Positions 61,943-64,000 of a DNA stretch of 64,000 bases are shown here, piece after piece; positions within the stretch are counted from its first letter, which is position 1; each line of letters opens with the position of its first letter. The stretch spans positions 62,001 to 126,000 of the forward strand of contig MEQL01000012.1 of assembly GCA_001770205.1 (NCBI GenBank), read 5' to 3'. The notes beneath the pieces are model-generated. The model worked only from the letters and a program-made list of their open reading frames with translations, had not been told where the DNA came from and made no database searches. The translations under genes and the position numbers were made by a program. Source of the DNA: Bdellovibrionales bacterium RIFOXYD12_FULL_39_22 (GTDB lineage Bacteria > Bdellovibrionota > Bacteriovoracia > Bacteriovoracales > Bacteriovoracaceae).

Positions 61943-62027
61943 AAATTTGCCTCCAGACATTTTTCAGTCTCTAGAGACAAGATGGCCGCAGATAGATAAA
62001 TGTCAATATTGGCGGATAGAAATTATT

Positions 62028-63584
62028 TCAGTCTTTATTTTTGATTAAACAGTCCATGACATACTTCAAATTATTACCAGATAAATTTTTCGGGAGCTTA
62101 CCGCGCAAAAAGGTTGCTTCAATCTTGATATCCCGAATGTGATGCTTTTCTACTTGCAAAATATTTTCAGAAAGTATTACAAAATTAGCATATTTGCCTT
62201 CCTGCAATGATCCGTGCGTTTTCTCCATGAAAGATATTTTTGCTCCGGCAATAGTGTGCATTTTGATGGCGTCCATCACCTCCACACTCTCGGCCGAATT
62301 AGGGTGATTACAGGCAGAATGGATTCCCCAAATTGGATTAGGCAAGGTAGTCGGGCCATCAGAACCTCCGGCCAACAAAATGCCGGCAGCAAGCATACTT
62401 TTTAGTGGCATAAAATTTTGTGTGCGCTGGCCCAAAATAGATTGCAAATATTCCATTGGCTCTAACTCCCAATGTAAAAAAGGCGTTTGCAAAGCTATAC
62501 ATATCCCTAGCTTTTTTACTCGAGCAATTAATTTCTCATCCATCAACTCCGCATGAATGATCGTGTGTCTATGATCTTTGCGTGGATTCTCTCTTAAGGC
62601 CGTTTCAAACGCGTTTAAGGCCTGCTCAATTGCCGCATCTCCGATGGCATGCAAGGCCATTTGCAACCCGCTATTGTGTGCTTCTTTTACAAAGGAATTT
62701 ACCTTTTCTTGAGAATAGTAGAGTACTCCTTTATTGCTGATATCGTGATTGTAGGGTTCTTTGAGTGCCGCATCTACACTTCCAAAGCAACCATCTAAGG
62801 CCGTCTCAAAGCATCCTCCGATACAATCAAGTTTTCGCCGTAAAACTTTTTGCACATTCATCGTCTGATAATAAGTTTTTATATTTATCGGAAGTCCTCT
62901 GGCCGCGAAACGCATCAAATCAACATCAAAAGGAATACCTACTCCTTCCACACTACTGATAGATCCAATACCGTTTTTAATTAATTGATTGCTTCCTTCC
63001 ACCAAATTGGTGAAGATTTTTGCGAGAGAAACTTTCTTTGAAATATAATTTACTACCTCATAAAAGGCCTCTTGAAAAAACTGTCCACTTTCTTTTTCAA
63101 ATCCCCTTTTTTCCAAAACGACGGAAGGTAAGTGAGAAATTAGAGCTTCATTGGCCATCGCCGCATGGCCATCATATTTTATTAATAAAAGTGGATGACT
63201 GGTAATTTTGTCTAAATCCTTACTGGTCGGCAAGCGCTTTTCTTTTAATGTATGAGCAGAAATCCCAAAACCTAAAACTATTTTTTCTTCTAAATGTTGC
63301 GCTACATACTTCCCAATAATAGCTTGGAGCTCCCGAAAGTCACCGGCATTTCGACAATCAAGCCCTAGATTAAAAAAAGCATAAGATGAAAAATGAATAT
63401 GGGTATCAAAAAAAGCAGGCAGTACTGTTTTTTTTTGCAGGTCAATTTTTTTCGCACTTTGATATTGGTGAGGAATTTTATTGCCAGTAAAGACAATCTT
63501 TCCTTGGTCCTCCACCAAAACAGAAAAAATGGTATTTTGCTCGTCACATGAAATAAAATTTCCATTTTCAAAAATTGTGGCCAT
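62028..63584 (-). CDS. Amidohydrolase family 3 (YtcJ-like)
   Basis: PAFFDTHIH, DGH, LDG, HAIGD, HAE, GSD; SD GAGG before ATG 63584. Confidence 0.9.
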   Translation of the reverse strand: MATIFENGNFISCDEQNTIFSVLVEDQGKIVFTGNKIPHQYQSAKKIDLQKKTVLPAFFDTHIHFSSYAFFNLGLDCRNAGDFRELQAIIGKYVAQHLEEKIVLGFGISAHTLKEKRLPTSKDLDKITSHPLLLIKYDGHAAMANEALISHLPSVVLEKRGFEKESGQFFQEAFYEVVNYISKKVSLAKIFTNLVEGSNQLIKNGIGSISSVEGVGIPFDVDLMRFAARGLPINIKTYYQTMNVQKVLRRKLDCIGGCFETALDGCFGSVDAALKEPYNHDISNKGVLYYSQEKVNSFVKEAHNSGLQMALHAIGDAAIEQALNAFETALRENPRKDHRHTIIHAELMDEKLIARVKKLGICIALQTPFLHWELEPMEYLQSILGQRTQNFMPLKSMLAAGILLAGGSDGPTTLPNPIWGIHSACNHPNSAESVEVMDAIKMHTIAGAKISFMEKTHGSLQEGKYANFVILSENILQVEKHHIRDIKIEATFLRGKLPKNLSGNNLKYVMDCLIKNKD

Positions 63585-63749
63585 CTTTTTCCTCACTATC
63601 TTAAAAGCAATCTGTTTTCAAAGAGTTTGTCTGTATATTTTTTTGACGCCCATGTAATTTATCGTCACTAAAGTTTTCATTCATTTTGCCATTTAGCTCT
63701 ATATGATACTTTAATCTTACAGCTTTATAATTATAAAAAGGTAATAATA

Positions 63750-64000
63750 ATGAAAATTAACTGGAAATTTCCACTGCTATCTCTACTCCTCACCTATACC
63801 CTAACATTTAGCTCCATTTCTTTGGCCTTTGAATTTAAAAACATAATAAAAGACACCACTCAATACTGGGGAAATTCCGCTTCCAAGGCCAAAGAAAAAA
63901 GTAAACAGGCCATTGGAAAAATTGCTCCTAAATTTAAAAAAATACTAGATAAATACTTTAAAAATGTTAACTGCATAGAAAACTGTGAAATTGATAATAA
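63750..64000 (+). CDS. Hypothetical secreted protein, runs off the window
   Basis: Not in the ORF track; MKINWKFPLLSLLLTYTLTFSSISLA signal peptide, frame open to 64000. Confidence 0.65.
   Translation, partial: MKINWKFPLLSLLLTYTLTFSSISLAFEFKNIIKDTTQYWGNSASKAKEKSKQAIGKIAPKFKKILDKYFKNVNCIENCEIDN

Noticed and set aside
1053..63571. Numerous 60-175 aa antisense or alternate-frame ORFs in the track
   Set aside because: They lie inside well-supported genes and lack motifs or SD; treated as shadow ORFs.

Overview
This AT-rich (roughly 40% GC by eye) bacterial chromosomal window has gene content suggesting Bdellovibrionota/Oligoflexia (inference only). In order it carries: a partial S8 peptidase; a DjlA-like J-domain protein; a radical SAM + CoA-binding pair; an hdrA-mvhD-mvhG-mvhA-tusA [NiFe]-hydrogenase operon with a maturation protease but no hdrB/hdrC; a first chemosensory cluster (MCPs, hybrid CheA, CheW, receiver-less CheB, CheR, CheY); TPR, Nif3 and two beta-barrel-like genes; a complete nuoA-N operon (fused nuoCD); metG; yqeY; two orphan secreted proteins; a repeat-containing lipoprotein; a second che cluster (cheA, cheR, CheD-CheB fusion, cheW, radical SAM); an OMP + metzincin lipoprotein pair; an acyltransferase-ACP-ligase; an N-domain-less ClpB; and an amidohydrolase. 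No CRISPR, rRNA, tRNA or intact mobile element was seen. The most notable signals are the HdrBC-less HdrA-Mvh-TusA module, a strong excess of the palindrome GGCC, two genes (including metG) whose best Shine-Dalgarno points to an ATA codon, an unannotated 31-aa ORF behind a sigma54/IHF-like promoter, and a sigma54 promoter with tandem enhancer-like sites ahead of the OMP-metalloprotease pair. All counts are hand counts and no database searches were run.
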